A stretch of 64,000 nucleotides of DNA from an uncultured Chroococcidiopsis sp. (GCA_964248365.1 CAXTYC010000008.1:32001-96000); one strand, 5' to 3'; shown: positions 40,610 to 51,524, numbered from the stretch's first letter. Numbers and translations: made by a program. The notes: generated by a model not told the origin, from the sequence alone.

Positions 40610-40684
40610 AGACTAGGGGCTAGAGGAACTAGAGGCTAGAGGAACTAGAGGGAAATTATAAATGATGAATTCATAATTTTGCAT

Positions 40685-41203
40685 TCACCATTCATCATTC
40701 TGGCTCCTGTCTTCTGTCTCCTGACTCCTAACTTTCTTGACATAAACCCGATCGCAGCGTGCTGTTTCTACGCCTTGTGCTGGCAGATAGCCGCTGCTTT
40801 CATATAACTTAACTGCTTCAACTAATACGCTGGCTGTTTCAATCCAAATTTGCTCAAAACCCTTTGCCGCGATCGCACTCTCCAACTGTTGCAATAAAAA
40901 TTTACCTAATCCCAGTCCCCTCACATCTGCCAAAAGGTACATTTTACGAAGTTCTACGGCTTTTTCTCCACGCCAGGTGGGATAATAGCCGCCAGTACCA
41001 ACAAGCTGATCTTGTTTTTCAATTACCCAGAACTCGCCGCCAGCTGATAGATAAAAATTTTCTACCTCCAACACATCCCGATCAGCTCCGGTTGGTTCCC
41101 AACTCAAACCATATTCAGCTAAAACAGAACCGATCACACCAGCAGCAGCAGTGCGATCGCTTTGTTCCCAGTCACGAATCAAAAAATCTTGATAGTAAAT
41201 CAC
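40685..41203 (-). CDS. GNAT-family N-acetyltransferase (likely GTG start at 41203)
   Basis: ELRKMYL...RGLGLGK, AVKLYESSGY; AGAGG precedes the GTG. Confidence 0.85.
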   Translation of the reverse strand: MIYYQDFLIRDWEQSDRTAAAGVIGSVLAEYGLSWEPTGADRDVLEVENFYLSAGGEFWVIEKQDQLVGTGGYYPTWRGEKAVELRKMYLLADVRGLGLGKFLLQQLESAIAAKGFEQIWIETASVLVEAVKLYESSGYLPAQGVETARCDRVYVKKVRSQETEDRSQNDEW

Positions 41204-41237
41204 AATTCCTCTTACCCTAGCCCCAGCGCCCCTAGCC

Positions 41238-41840
41238 CTAACTGTGAATTCGGGGTTCACAAATGAAGAGTTGACAGTAATTGACTTTCCACAATTGCTA
41301 ATTCTGACAACCGCTCAGTAACTAGGGAACGCTCAAAATAAGTATCAGCTAACACCCAATAGATACCGTAATGACGTGCCTCAGATGCCATTAAACTGCG
41401 ATAAAATTTGCTAACTCAGGCTCCGGACAACTCGCTGCCAAAAGCCCTAACCGTTCATGACTACGAGCTTCAATTAGACCAGAAATCAGCAAGGAATCCA
41501 GCATTCTTGCTGGTTCTTAGGTTCTAATTTGTGCTTTTAAACCTGCACCATAGGGAGGTGGAGAAAGAGGATCTAGGGGAATTCCTCGCCGTTCTAGCCA
41601 CTGATTAACTTGCTCAAAGTGTTCTAATTCTTCCTGGGCGACAGAGGTTAGCATTCGTACTAACTTTGTACTCGATGGATAGCGAAACATCAAGTTCAAA
41701 GCTACGCCCGCCTTACGTTCACATTGGGAGTGATCTAATAAAATGGTATCCAAATGGGCGATCGCTTGTGTTACCCACTCCCTGCTAGTAGGCGTAACAA
41801 GAGCGTTAATTGAATTTGTTGTAAAAGTGGACACATTCAT
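41238..41840 (-). pseudogene. miaE: tRNA-(ms2io6A) hydroxylase pseudogene
   Basis: DHSQCERKA, EELEHFEQV; in-frame TAA at 41517; then EPARMLDSLLISGLIEARSHER; frameshift near 41405 before SEARHYG; second frameshift before EPRIHS*. Confidence 0.85.
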
Positions 41841-42001
41841 ACTTACTTGTTTTCACTAAAGCGGTTATTGCTTGTTCAAGGCATAATTAAACATAAATTT
41901 ATATTCCAGAAATATTTTTTACTGATTCTTTAACCAAGATGGGGCAACTATAGATACGCTGGATATAAGTGGGTCAGTATTATTATTAACTAAAAATTCG
42001 T

Positions 42002-42742
42002 ATGAGCGTAGCGAATCACCGTCGCATAATTATTGGGGATGTGCATGGACACTATGATGGTCTCATGACGTTACTAGAGGCGATCGCCCCTGGCTCAAAC
42101 GATCAAGTATACTTTTTGGGGGATCTAATTGATCGAGGTCCACAAAGCGCTCAAGTAGTTGATTTTGTCATGAAAAGTCCCTACAAATGCTTGCTGGGAA
42201 ATCATGAACAAATGCTGCTTGAGGTGTTGACTGGACGCGCTTCGAGTCAAGTAAGGCAAGCTTGGCTATATAGTGGTGGGTATGAAACTTTAACGAGTTA
42301 CCAAACAGTTACTATTCCCCACGAGCATATAGACTGGATACAAAACTTGCCCACCTATCTAGATTTAGGTGATATTTGGTTAGCTCATGCTGGTGTCGAT
42401 CCAAAACTCACGGTAGAAGAACAAACGATTGACCAGCTTTGCTGGGTACGCCATGAATTTCATAGTACGAGCAAACCTTATTTCCCTGATAAGCTGATTA
42501 TCGTTGGTCACACCATCACCTTTACTTTACCTGGGGTTCGTCCTGGTGAACTAGCCGCAGGACAAGGCTGGCTAGATATAGACACAGGTGCTTATCACCC
42601 AAAAAGCGGTTGGTTGACTGGAGTAGATATCACAAATCGGTTGGTATATCAAGTAGATGTTTATGATAAGTTAGTTCGTAAACTGCATCTTAAAGACGCA
42701 GTGACGCGGGTCAACCCCGCGCAGATACTAGCTAAGCTTTAG
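42002..42742 (+). CDS. Metallophosphoesterase / PPP-family Ser/Thr phosphatase
   Basis: GDVHG, GDLIDRG, GNHE, HAG, GHT, DTG. Confidence 0.9.
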   Translation: MSVANHRRIIIGDVHGHYDGLMTLLEAIAPGSNDQVYFLGDLIDRGPQSAQVVDFVMKSPYKCLLGNHEQMLLEVLTGRASSQVRQAWLYSGGYETLTSYQTVTIPHEHIDWIQNLPTYLDLGDIWLAHAGVDPKLTVEEQTIDQLCWVRHEFHSTSKPYFPDKLIIVGHTITFTLPGVRPGELAAGQGWLDIDTGAYHPKSGWLTGVDITNRLVYQVDVYDKLVRKLHLKDAVTRVNPAQILAKL

Positions 42743-42744
42743 GT

Positions 42745-43599
42745 TTAGCTTATTAAAGGTCGGATATTCGCTCTATAATCCGCACTGTCTAACCCGTTAC
42801 CCACATTCGCCTTTTGCGGATCAATTGCCTGTCTAAGTCTGACAATGCGGCTCTTTGTAGCTGGATGGGTACTCAAAAATGTTGGGGTAGAACCACCTAG
42901 CTTAAGTAACTTCTCCATAAATGAAACCATAGCAGATTGAGCATAACCAGCACGTCCTATAGTCTTCAGTCCAGAGGAGTCAGCTTCATATTCGTGTTCA
43001 CGGCTGTTAGGACGGCGCAGTGCTAACTCTACACCAATTTGCACTGCTTGGTTACGGTCTACTCCAGCTGCCGTCGCAACGCTACCTGCGATCGCAGTTT
43101 CTCGCATCTGCTTGATCAAATGCCGACGAGCAATATGACCAATTTCATGACCTAAGACACTGGCTAACTGGGCCTCATTATCAGCGGTTTTTAGCAATGC
43201 GGTTGTGACATATACATAGCCGCCAGCTGTAGCAAAAGCATTAACACTATCACTTTCCACCACTTGGAATTTATAGGGGAGATTGGGGCGATCGCTATAT
43301 TCTGCCAACCGCTGACCAACTCGATTGACATAATCATTTACACTTTTATTGCGATAAAGCTGAAACTCTCTCCCCACCATTTGTTCATTAATCTGCTTCC
43401 CAAGCTGAATTTCCTCTTGGTCGGAAACATTAGAAAGTTGAATCACTTGAACTCCCTGACGAATCAAGTCAAACCAAGGAACGGCTTGTGATGGTTGGGG
43501 CGAATTTGCGATTAAACCGAACGCCACCAAGAAAGACAGTAAAGGATAAATCCGGCGGTGCTGGAAACGACGGGAGAAAAAAGACAACAGGTTAAACAT
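42745..43599 (-). CDS. M48-family zinc metallopeptidase
   Basis: VNAFA, HEIGH, EYEAD, STHP. Confidence 0.9.
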   Translation of the reverse strand: MFNLLSFFSRRFQHRRIYPLLSFLVAFGLIANSPQPSQAVPWFDLIRQGVQVIQLSNVSDQEEIQLGKQINEQMVGREFQLYRNKSVNDYVNRVGQRLAEYSDRPNLPYKFQVVESDSVNAFATAGGYVYVTTALLKTADNEAQLASVLGHEIGHIARRHLIKQMRETAIAGSVATAAGVDRNQAVQIGVELALRRPNSREHEYEADSSGLKTIGRAGYAQSAMVSFMEKLLKLGGSTPTFLSTHPATKSRIVRLRQAIDPQKANVGNGLDSADYRANIRPLIS

Positions 43600-43917
43600 G
43601 ACACCCAGTTATGTTAACAAGATTGAAAATATAAGAAGATTCCTGAACTAAGACACCCAGGAACCCCGAATTATGCTTAAAAAATAGACGGACAAAAATA
43701 GCTCTGAGTTGCCATTTCCCACTCTCGATCTAAAAATGCATATTTGCCTCACACCCCAGGCTGCTGTAAAAAAACATCTCACCACTACTAGCCAAGATAT
43801 GAAGCTCTAAGCTAAGCTTACCCCGATCCTAAAATATCGACCGTTGCCCCCGTCGTGTTAATCTGGCACAAGACAATTGCCAGAAAGCTTTTTTACATTT
43901 AGCTTTCTTTGGACTAT

Positions 43918-44442
43918 ATGAAAATTTTGGATTCTCAAGGGCGTTTATTTGGTAAGGTCAGCATCCTCGATCTCGGAGCAACCTTAGTAATTTTGCTGGT
44001 TGTAGTGGGCATCTTTTTCTTTCCTGGTACTTCCGGCGCTCAAATCGGCGCTACTACCAAACCAGTAGAGATTGATGTAGTTGCTAGAGGTCTTAGTATA
44101 CGCGATCCACAACAACTGTTTGAACAAGGCTTGAAACCAGGCGGTAAGACAAATATCATTATCCGCAATCAGCCTCACGGACAAATTGACGTTAAATCTG
44201 TCCAACAGCTACCCAGAACTACACTTGTACCTCAACCCGATGGATCAGTTAAAGATTTACCTGATCCTAGAGATAACCAATACGTGATGGATATGCTAGT
44301 GACATTGGCAGGTAAAGCTCAAATCACAAGTAATGGTCCAGTAATAGGCAACAGCAAACTCAAAATCGGCGTTCCTGTCGAGCTAGAAGGCTTCAACTAC
44401 GACTTTAACACCACTGTTATTGATATGCGGTTCAAAGAATAA
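43918..44442 (+). CDS. DUF4330-like membrane-anchored protein
   Basis: MKILDSQGRLFGKVSILD followed by a TM helix. Confidence 0.75.
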   Translation: MKILDSQGRLFGKVSILDLGATLVILLVVVGIFFFPGTSGAQIGATTKPVEIDVVARGLSIRDPQQLFEQGLKPGGKTNIIIRNQPHGQIDVKSVQQLPRTTLVPQPDGSVKDLPDPRDNQYVMDMLVTLAGKAQITSNGPVIGNSKLKIGVPVELEGFNYDFNTTVIDMRFKE

Positions 44443-44611
44443 TCGTTTCGAGTTGGATATTCCTCATGATGGCAGCAGGGGGGCAGAGGGGCAGAGGAGC
44501 TTCAGGTGCAGGGGAGAAATCCTCTCTAGCCTCTGGTTCCTCTGGTTCCTCTGGTTCCTCTAGCCCCTAGCCACTAGCCTCTAGCCCCCAGCCGACCGCC
44601 CCTTAGTATGG

Positions 44612-45535
44612 CTACTGGAGTGCAACTGTCTCGGATTGGGTGAGCAAGGGGAAAAATTGCCGAATTAAGCCAATCGTTACCGCTGGTAGTTCTAATTGGG
44701 GTGTCAATCCGACTTCTTCTAGGGGTTGAAAAATCTTGATTGCTTGGGGATTTATAGCAGCAAATCGCCGACCAATTTCTGGACTGGTGAACTGAGACTT
44801 TTGACCCCAAATAATCGCTGTAGGAACGGTTAACTGAGGAATATAAAGCGATAAATCAAAGCACAAGTCGCCGCGCACAAAAGATAGTGCGGCGTACTCA
44901 GCGTTGGGCTGGGAAGCAGATTCTAGGTAAGCGTCTACAATCTCTTGGTAGATTCGTTCTGGGCGGGCGAATTGACGCTCCTCTAGGAAAGAGCGAATGC
45001 CGTTACTGTTGGCAACGCCCGTGCTGTAGAGTAATCGATCTAGAATCGGGACGCTGATTATTTGAGCAAAAAAGCTGCGAGTATAGTTTTCCCCAAAGTC
45101 GGATAGTCCAGCAGGAGTGGTTAAGATTAAAGACTTGAATAATTCAGGACGGGCGATCGCCACTCTAATTGTAAATGCAGCAGTCAAGGAAGAAGCAATT
45201 ACTCTAACTGCACCGTTACAGGTTTGTTCTAAGAACTCTGTAATAGTAGTCAGGTAATCTTCTATGCGGTAGTTTCGTGCAGGATGCTCCGAACGACCCC
45301 ACCCGATCAAGTCTGGCGCTATAATGCGATATTCTGCTGCGAAAGCCGGATAAACCTTTGACCACTCATAAGCAGAAGACCCACCACCAAAGCCATGCAA
45401 AAATACCAATGTCTCCAAATTTTCTGATTCAATAGCTTTTGATTGACTCCAAGGCAACCCAGAATTTGTATAGTAAACCATTCTGCCCTTGCTCGTCATC
45501 ACAGAGCGTTGTTCAAACCCAGGTGGCACAAACAT
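44612..45535 (-). CDS. Alpha/beta hydrolase fold protein
   Basis: VFLHGFGGG, APDLIGWGRS, PTAIIWG. Confidence 0.85.
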   Translation of the reverse strand: MFVPPGFEQRSVMTSKGRMVYYTNSGLPWSQSKAIESENLETLVFLHGFGGGSSAYEWSKVYPAFAAEYRIIAPDLIGWGRSEHPARNYRIEDYLTTITEFLEQTCNGAVRVIASSLTAAFTIRVAIARPELFKSLILTTPAGLSDFGENYTRSFFAQIISVPILDRLLYSTGVANSNGIRSFLEERQFARPERIYQEIVDAYLESASQPNAEYAALSFVRGDLCFDLSLYIPQLTVPTAIIWGQKSQFTSPEIGRRFAAINPQAIKIFQPLEEVGLTPQLELPAVTIGLIRQFFPLLTQSETVALQ

Positions 45536-45758
45536 GGATCTACCTCATGTAAGCTATTTCTTCTATGGTGGTTGATTTTTCTGTCAATTATCAATAGACT
45601 TCTTGCCACGCCCGATGAATTGGGAAAAGGGAAAAGGGTAAAAGGGTAAAGGGTAAGGGTAAAGAGGTATTGCGGTAATTTCTCCCCCTCTCCCTCTGCT
45701 CCCTCTGCTCCCTCTGCTCCCCTGCCTTCCCTAGCCCCTAGCCCCTAGCCCCTAGTCC

Positions 45759-46289
45759 CTACTTTAAAGGTTCTGCTTTCTCGACTGATTTATCATTTAC
45801 TCCCAAAGTTAGCTGCAAAGGTATCTTTTGCGGATAAGCTTTGACTACTTGCCTGTATACCTGATAGTTTGTAGGCAAAGTGAAATTGCGATCGCCCTGG
45901 CGATAACTCATCTGATACTCGACAGACTTCACTAACTGGGGTGTAGTTGCTTGTTCCCCTGGGCGTTTTCTTTGTTCAACCTCGTCTACAGTCGGTCGTG
46001 GCGGTAGATGGGGCCACCACAACCCTCTATCATCTGGACCAATTACCGCCCCGTCTGGTTTAATGCCGTTACGATTTAGCAACGAAGTAGAGGTAAAAGT
46101 TTCAAATCGGGGCATTTTATCACTTGTCGGGTTGATAGAATATTTAACTTGCCAAGTGTAAGTAGTTTTCGCTGTCGCTTCATATTGGTCAGTAGTCACA
46201 TTAGAGCAGCCAGTAAGGGTAATGGCACTCAAAATCACACCACCAATTACCACTTGCTGACTCCGCCAGAAATCGCTATTAGGACTCAT
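45759..46289 (-). CDS. Hypothetical lipoprotein
   Basis: Hydrophobic signal with LTGC lipobox. Confidence 0.7.
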   Translation of the reverse strand: MSPNSDFWRSQQVVIGGVILSAITLTGCSNVTTDQYEATAKTTYTWQVKYSINPTSDKMPRFETFTSTSLLNRNGIKPDGAVIGPDDRGLWWPHLPPRPTVDEVEQRKRPGEQATTPQLVKSVEYQMSYRQGDRNFTLPTNYQVYRQVVKAYPQKIPLQLTLGVNDKSVEKAEPLK

Positions 46290-46471
46290 AATACTTAGCC
46301 GGACATTTTGAAAGACAAATTGATACCATTTCGTTTTAGTGCTGCTATATTTGGAGCGCTAGAATTTCCACATGGTAAGGGCGGGTTTAAAAAAAGCCCT
46401 GTGCAAAAACAGACACCTTAGAAAAACCAGCCCCAACCTATGCCAAAATCTAAAATCCAAAATTCTATCAG

Positions 46472-47173
46472 ATGCATCTGGCTCCGTTTTTACCCCTAAT
46501 GTACCGAATTCTTCAGCCCACTTTTCCTAGCTGCTTGTGGTCAGGGAATCCCAATTCAAAAGCGATCGCTTTGACTTTTGACGACGGTCCCCATCCAAGC
46601 TATACTCCTCAACTGCTGGAAGTTTTAGACCACTACTCAATTCCCGCCAGTTTTTTTTGGTTGGGTGCTTGTGTTAACCGTTCAAAAGCGATCGCCAAAG
46701 CTATATATCAACGGGGACACTGGATCGGCAATCACGGTTACGATCATCGCTCTTTTCCCTTACTCACAACCGCTCAACTTAAGCAAAGCTTGCAAGCAAC
46801 CGAAGAAGCGGTAGCAAAGGCTTGCTGTGAGCCTAATTTGAGCATCCGCGACGTTCGACCACCCAATGGTTTATTTACACCCCATACCTTAAACTTATTA
46901 CACCAATGGGGCTACAGACCTGTAATGTGGAGCGTTGTTCCTGAAGACTGGGTTCGACCTGGTATTTCTGTCGTCGTGCAGCGAGTCCTCCACCAGGTTG
47001 AAAACGGTTCACAAATTGTATTACACGATGGTGCTTGCGGTGGACAAGACGTTGCCGCTACTGTTGCCTTACTAGTTCCCCAATTACTTAACATTGGTTA
47101 TGAATTTGTAACGGTAGATACTCTGTGGCAAAAAGCCCAATCCCTTACAGATAGCGCCAGAGCGCGATTTTAA
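46472..47173 (+). CDS. Polysaccharide deacetylase (CE4/NodB)
   Basis: LTFDDGP, GNHGYDH, RPPNG, IVLHD. Confidence 0.92.
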   Translation: MHLAPFLPLMYRILQPTFPSCLWSGNPNSKAIALTFDDGPHPSYTPQLLEVLDHYSIPASFFWLGACVNRSKAIAKAIYQRGHWIGNHGYDHRSFPLLTTAQLKQSLQATEEAVAKACCEPNLSIRDVRPPNGLFTPHTLNLLHQWGYRPVMWSVVPEDWVRPGISVVVQRVLHQVENGSQIVLHDGACGGQDVAATVALLVPQLLNIGYEFVTVDTLWQKAQSLTDSARARF

Positions 47174-48073
47174 CTCTACCTCAATTACCAAGATTTGCTT
47201 AGAAACAGTGAATTTCTCATGATCTTGCTGTCAGACCGCTTCTGAATTCACTACAATGGCAAAGAAAAGTTTATCAATTTGTCAAGCGCATTTATGTTGA
47301 AATTTTAGCACTTTCTCGGTTAACTTGTGATTATGACTGAAAGCTTGAATTTCAGTTAATCTACAAACAGGTGCGATGTTGCTGTTGCTATTGCCGCAAC
47401 TTTTAAGTTAAGGCATGATGCAAAACTCGGTTGTTTGCTAGCTTAAGAGCTAATCAAATAGCAAGAAAGCGCTAATGACAGAGGTAGCTCGAAAGTCAAT
47501 AAATGAAGAAAGGGTAAAGATAGGTGACTCAAAACCTCTTTGCTTGCCAAACATAAACAGGCAAAAACTGACTAATCACCCTCTTCACCCTGACAAACTA
47601 GAATTGAATGCAAAGGTTCTCTTGTGTTTTAACTAATGGGTAAAATCACGCCAATTTTCTCCAAATTTTTGGAGATGTCTCTAAAATAAAACAGCAGGTG
47701 TGACTGCGGCTTTTGAAAAATTAGACTCGACTCACATTCTGACTACATGATTAGAACATTAAATGCGTGCAATTTTTGTGAAACAGGCTACAATCGGAAG
47801 GGTCTTTACGATACCCAAAGATTAATAGAGCCATTGGTGCTTTTATTAATCGCCAGATTTTACAACTTAACTAGAAGTCAGTTCTAGATTAATCAGCCAG
47901 CTACTGTGTGTTTCAAGGGTCCACAATCTAGCTGATCCTATGCTGGAATTCGCTAATGAATCTCCAAGCTACAATCGCTCTTCGCCATACGCCTTTGGCT
48001 GACATCATAAGAGCAATAAATAAATTTTGAGTGACTAATTGTTTGTTGAATCAAGGAGCATGAGGAACGCGGC

Positions 48074-49261
48074 ATGAACCAGGCTAATAACGTACTACTC
48101 GCAAACATTGAGCAGCCCCACCTCGAAACAGTTCATCAATCTGATTCGGAGAGCGATTTTGAATTCTTAATCGATGTAGAAGAGGAGGAATTGCAAGCCA
48201 TAAACGTTGATGAAAATGATGAATTTTTAGAGGCTCAGCCTGACGAGGATGACGCTAAGTCTGGGAAAGCCGGAAAGTCTCGGCGGCGGACACAAGCTAA
48301 GAAAAAGCAATATACAGAAGACTCAATTCGTCTCTACTTGCAAGAAATTGGTAGAATTCGGCTGTTGCGGGCAGACGAAGAAATTGAACTAGCGCGGAAA
48401 ATTGCCGATTTATTGGAATTAGAGCGAGTTAGAGAAAGACTTTCCGAACAGTTGGAACGCAGCCCCTCGGATAGCGAATGGGCTGAAGCGGTAAAGTCGT
48501 CAAGTTTGAAAACATTTCAAAATCGCGTCCACATCGGACGACGGGCAAAGGAAAAGATGGTACAGTCTAACCTGAGACTGGTGGTTTCCATTGCTAAGAA
48601 ATACATGAATCGGGGTTTGTCGTTCCAAGACTTGATTCAAGAAGGCTCTTTAGGTCTGATTCGGGCGGCGGAAAAGTTTGACCACGAAAAAGGATACAAG
48701 TTTTCAACCTACGCTACATGGTGGATTCGTCAGGCAATTACCAGGGCTATAGCTGACCAATCTCGCACGATTCGACTACCAGTTCACCTTTACGAAACCA
48801 TCTCTCGGATCAAGAAAACTACTAAACTGCTGTCTCAAGAAATGGGTCGCAAGCCGACAGAAGAAGAAATTGCTACCCGTATGGAAATGACCATTGAGAA
48901 GCTGCGGTTTATTGCTAAATCCGCTCAACTGCCAATTTCCCTAGAAACGCCCATCGGTAAAGAAGAAGATTCCCGACTGGGCGATTTTATTGAGTCTGAC
49001 GGGGAAACGCCAGAAGATCAAGTTTCTAAGAATCTCTTGCGTGAAGATTTGGAAAAAGTTTTAGATAGCCTCAGTCCCCGTGAACGGGATGTTTTAAGAC
49101 TGCGCTATGGTTTAGATGACGGTCGGATGAAGACTCTGGAAGAAATTGGGCAAATCTTTAACGTCACAAGGGAGCGAATTCGGCAAATTGAGGCGAAAGC
49201 ACTACGCAAGTTGCGCCATCCCAATCGCAACAGTGTATTAAAAGAATACATCCGCTCGTAG
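48074..49261 (+). CDS. sigA: Principal RNA polymerase sigma factor
   Basis: [49 protein letters not shown]. Confidence 0.97.
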   Translation: MNQANNVLLANIEQPHLETVHQSDSESDFEFLIDVEEEELQAINVDENDEFLEAQPDEDDAKSGKAGKSRRRTQAKKKQYTEDSIRLYLQEIGRIRLLRADEEIELARKIADLLELERVRERLSEQLERSPSDSEWAEAVKSSSLKTFQNRVHIGRRAKEKMVQSNLRLVVSIAKKYMNRGLSFQDLIQEGSLGLIRAAEKFDHEKGYKFSTYATWWIRQAITRAIADQSRTIRLPVHLYETISRIKKTTKLLSQEMGRKPTEEEIATRMEMTIEKLRFIAKSAQLPISLETPIGKEEDSRLGDFIESDGETPEDQVSKNLLREDLEKVLDSLSPRERDVLRLRYGLDDGRMKTLEEIGQIFNVTRERIRQIEAKALRKLRHPNRNSVLKEYIRS

Positions 49262-49348
49262 AGAGCAAAGGGGAGCGGGGGAAGCAAAAGGAAGCTGGGG
49301 GGAAAAGCCATTAGCTATTCCCTAACACTAGTCTCTAAGATAGCCACT

Positions 49349-49390
49349 AAAAAGACTTGGGAGTGTTTACATGACTTCCCAAGTCTTTTT
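49349..49390. terminator. Bidirectional terminator between sigA and hli
   Basis: AAAAAGACTTGGGA...TCCCAAGTCTTTTT. Confidence 0.8.
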
Positions 49391-49416
49391 ATTTCAGGCG
49401 ATTTGTAATTTTAAAC

Positions 49417-49596
49417 CTACATGATACCCCAGTAGTGGAGAAATCCTTGACCAGAAAACAGTTCAATTAGGGCGGCGGCTAGAAAGCCAATCATTGCTAA
49501 ACGACCGTTCCAAATTTCGGCTTGAGGAGTGAAACCCCAACGCCAAGCATTGCGATCTTCCATTACGGGAGTAGTAATTTTTGTTGTGTTTTGCAT
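49417..49596 (-). CDS. hli: High-light-inducible protein (59 aa)
   Basis: Manual translation: MQNTTKITTPVMEDRNAWRWGFTPQAEIWNGRLAMIGFLAAALIELFSGQGFLHYWGIM. Confidence 0.93.
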   Translation of the reverse strand: MQNTTKITTPVMEDRNAWRWGFTPQAEIWNGRLAMIGFLAAALIELFSGQGFLHYWGIM

Positions 49597-49735
49597 AGTT
49601 GCTGCTCCTGATTAGTTTTTGTAACATTTTGTTGAACTCTGTAAACTAATATAATATATGCTTGCCAAAAATGCAAGCATTTTTCTAGGAATTATTATCA
49701 ACTATTTGGCTGAAATAGTAACAAGATATATCTAT

Positions 49736-49773
49736 AAAAAACCGGTGGGAGCTAGTTTCCACGCTCCCACCGG
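49736..49773 (-). terminator. Intrinsic terminator between the tandem hli genes
   Basis: CCGGTGGGAGC...GCTCCCACCGG hairpin followed by a U-tract on the minus strand. Confidence 0.75.
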
Positions 49774-49818
49774 AATTAATTACTGATACTTTATGCTAAA
49801 TATTGTAAGAATTAATAG

Positions 49819-49998
49819 TTACAGAATGCCCCAATAGTGGAGGAAACCTTGACCAGAAAACAGTTCAATTAGGGCAGCAGCTACGAAGCCAATCATTGCT
49901 AAACGACCGTTCCAGATCTCGGCTTGAGGAGTAAAACCCCAACGCCAAGCATTACGGTCATCCATCACCAAAGTAGTGATTTTTGTTGAGTTTTGCAT
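49819..49998 (-). CDS. hli: High-light-inducible protein (59 aa), tandem paralog
   Basis: Manual translation: MQNSTKITTLVMDDRNAWRWGFTPQAEIWNGRLAMIGFVAAALIELFSGQGFLHYWGIL. Confidence 0.93.
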   Translation of the reverse strand: MQNSTKITTLVMDDRNAWRWGFTPQAEIWNGRLAMIGFVAAALIELFSGQGFLHYWGIL

Positions 49999-50044
49999 GA
50001 TTTTGTTAAGCGTTGAGTTTAGTTTTGTGAAGCAATGTAAGTTG

Positions 50045-50062
50045 TATGTAAATAAATGTAAC
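50045..50062 (-). promoter_or_regulatory. HLR1 (RpaB-binding) element upstream of hli
   Basis: Minus strand GTTACATT-TA-TTTACATA matches the HLR1 consensus; further degenerate repeats follow. Confidence 0.75.
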
Positions 50063-50213
50063 AGATTAGCTGGCCAGTTATCTCTCTCTTAGGTAGTTGA
50101 TGAGGGAATAAGGAGACAGAAGTCAGAAGTCAGAAGTCAGAATTCGGAATATTTAATTCCCCTCTGCTCCCAAAGCGCGAACCTGCTCCCCTGCTAAGAT
50201 CGCCCCTAGCCCC

Positions 50214-51524
50214 TCAGTTTGATGCTTTGATTGCTTTGCCAGTGTCAGGGTCAAAGAAATGGATCTTCTCCGGTGTGAGCGATAGCCATAATTGCTCACC
50301 AATACTCACAATGCGGTCAGGGGGAATTCGCACTTGTAGGGGAGTGGTGGCGGTATTGGTTGTACCAACTGGAATAACAGAAAGATAAGTTTCGTTACCC
50401 AGAGCTTCTACAAGTTCGACTTGAACTGGCAAATTTTTAGTCGCGGCTACACTCAAGCTTAGGTGTTCTGGTCGGATACCCAAAATTAAAGATCTTTGGT
50501 CGTACTTTTGTAGTTCCTTTGCCCAGATATCTGGGAGAGTAAAGCGAAACTGGGGATGATTAATTAACAGTGGGGCATGAAACTGTACTGGGAGGAAGTT
50601 CATCGGCGGTGAACCAATGAATTCGGCGACAAATTGAGTAGCAGGGCGATTGTAAAGTTCCAAAGGGTGAGCAACTTGTTCGATCTGACCTTGATGCATG
50701 ACAGCAATACGATCGCCCATCGTCATTGCTTCTGTCTGATCGTGAGTAACGTAAATAGTTGTTGTTCCAAGCTGACGCTGGAGTTTGACGATTTGGGCGC
50801 GGGTTTCGGCGCGGAGTTTAGCATCGAGGTTGGAAAGCGGTTCATCCATCAAAAAGACTTGAGGATTACGAGCGATCGCCCTACCCAATGCTACCCGTTG
50901 CTTTTGTCCGCCGGATAACTGCTTTGGTAAACGCTTTAACAAAGATTCGATTTGTAATAACCCTGCCACACTCCGCACTCTTTGATCGACTGCGCGTTCG
51001 CAGGCGGTCATATAACGCAGCCCTTTGGGTAGCGATCGCGTCATCCCCACTAATAAATTCTCAGTCCATACGGGAGTTTTTGCTCCCCCATCCCCTCTTG
51101 CTCCCCCAGCTCTAGTTCTTCGCAGTCCAAAAGCGATGTTGTCATAAACACTCATGTGGGGATAGAGGGCATAGTTTTGAAACACCATAGCGATGTCTCT
51201 TGCCTTTGGCGGTAGATCGTTAACTAGGCGATCGCCTACCCAGATGTTGCCCCCGCTAATTTGCTCAAGTCCGGCAATTAACCGCAAAAGGGTACTTTTA
51301 CCGCAGCCAGAAGGTCCCACCAGCACCATAAACTCTCCGTCTGACACTGTCAAATTAATACGCTGCAAGACGTTGATGTTTTCTGACTGGGCAACGTCAC
51401 TTTTTAGCTTAGAAGTTGCCTCGACTGGGGTGAGGAGCGGTTCTGCTGCTACTGGGACTACGGCTCGTTCACCAGGACGAGCGGGAAAGCTTTTGTAAAC
51501 GTTTTCTAGAACAACCTGCGCCAC
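50214..51524 (-). CDS. Sugar ABC transporter ATP-binding protein (MalK/GgtA-like)
   Basis: GPSGCGKST, MVFQNYALYPHM, LSGGQKQR, MDEPLSNLD, GIRPEH. Confidence 0.92.
   Translation of the reverse strand: MAQVVLENVYKSFPARPGERAVVPVAAEPLLTPVEATSKLKSDVAQSENINVLQRINLTVSDGEFMVLVGPSGCGKSTLLRLIAGLEQISGGNIWVGDRLVNDLPPKARDIAMVFQNYALYPHMSVYDNIAFGLRRTRAGGARGDGGAKTPVWTENLLVGMTRSLPKGLRYMTACERAVDQRVRSVAGLLQIESLLKRLPKQLSGGQKQRVALGRAIARNPQVFLMDEPLSNLDAKLRAETRAQIVKLQRQLGTTTIYVTHDQTEAMTMGDRIAVMHQGQIEQVAHPLELYNRPATQFVAEFIGSPPMNFLPVQFHAPLLINHPQFRFTLPDIWAKELQKYDQRSLILGIRPEHLSLSVAATKNLPVQVELVEALGNETYLSVIPVGTTNTATTPLQVRIPPDRIVSIGEQLWLSLTPEKIHFFDPDTGKAIKASN

Noticed and set aside
41204..41260. N-terminal extension of the GNAT ORF in the track
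   Set aside because: It runs through the miaE 3' end and a heptamer repeat; the GTG at 41203 with an RBS is the likelier start.
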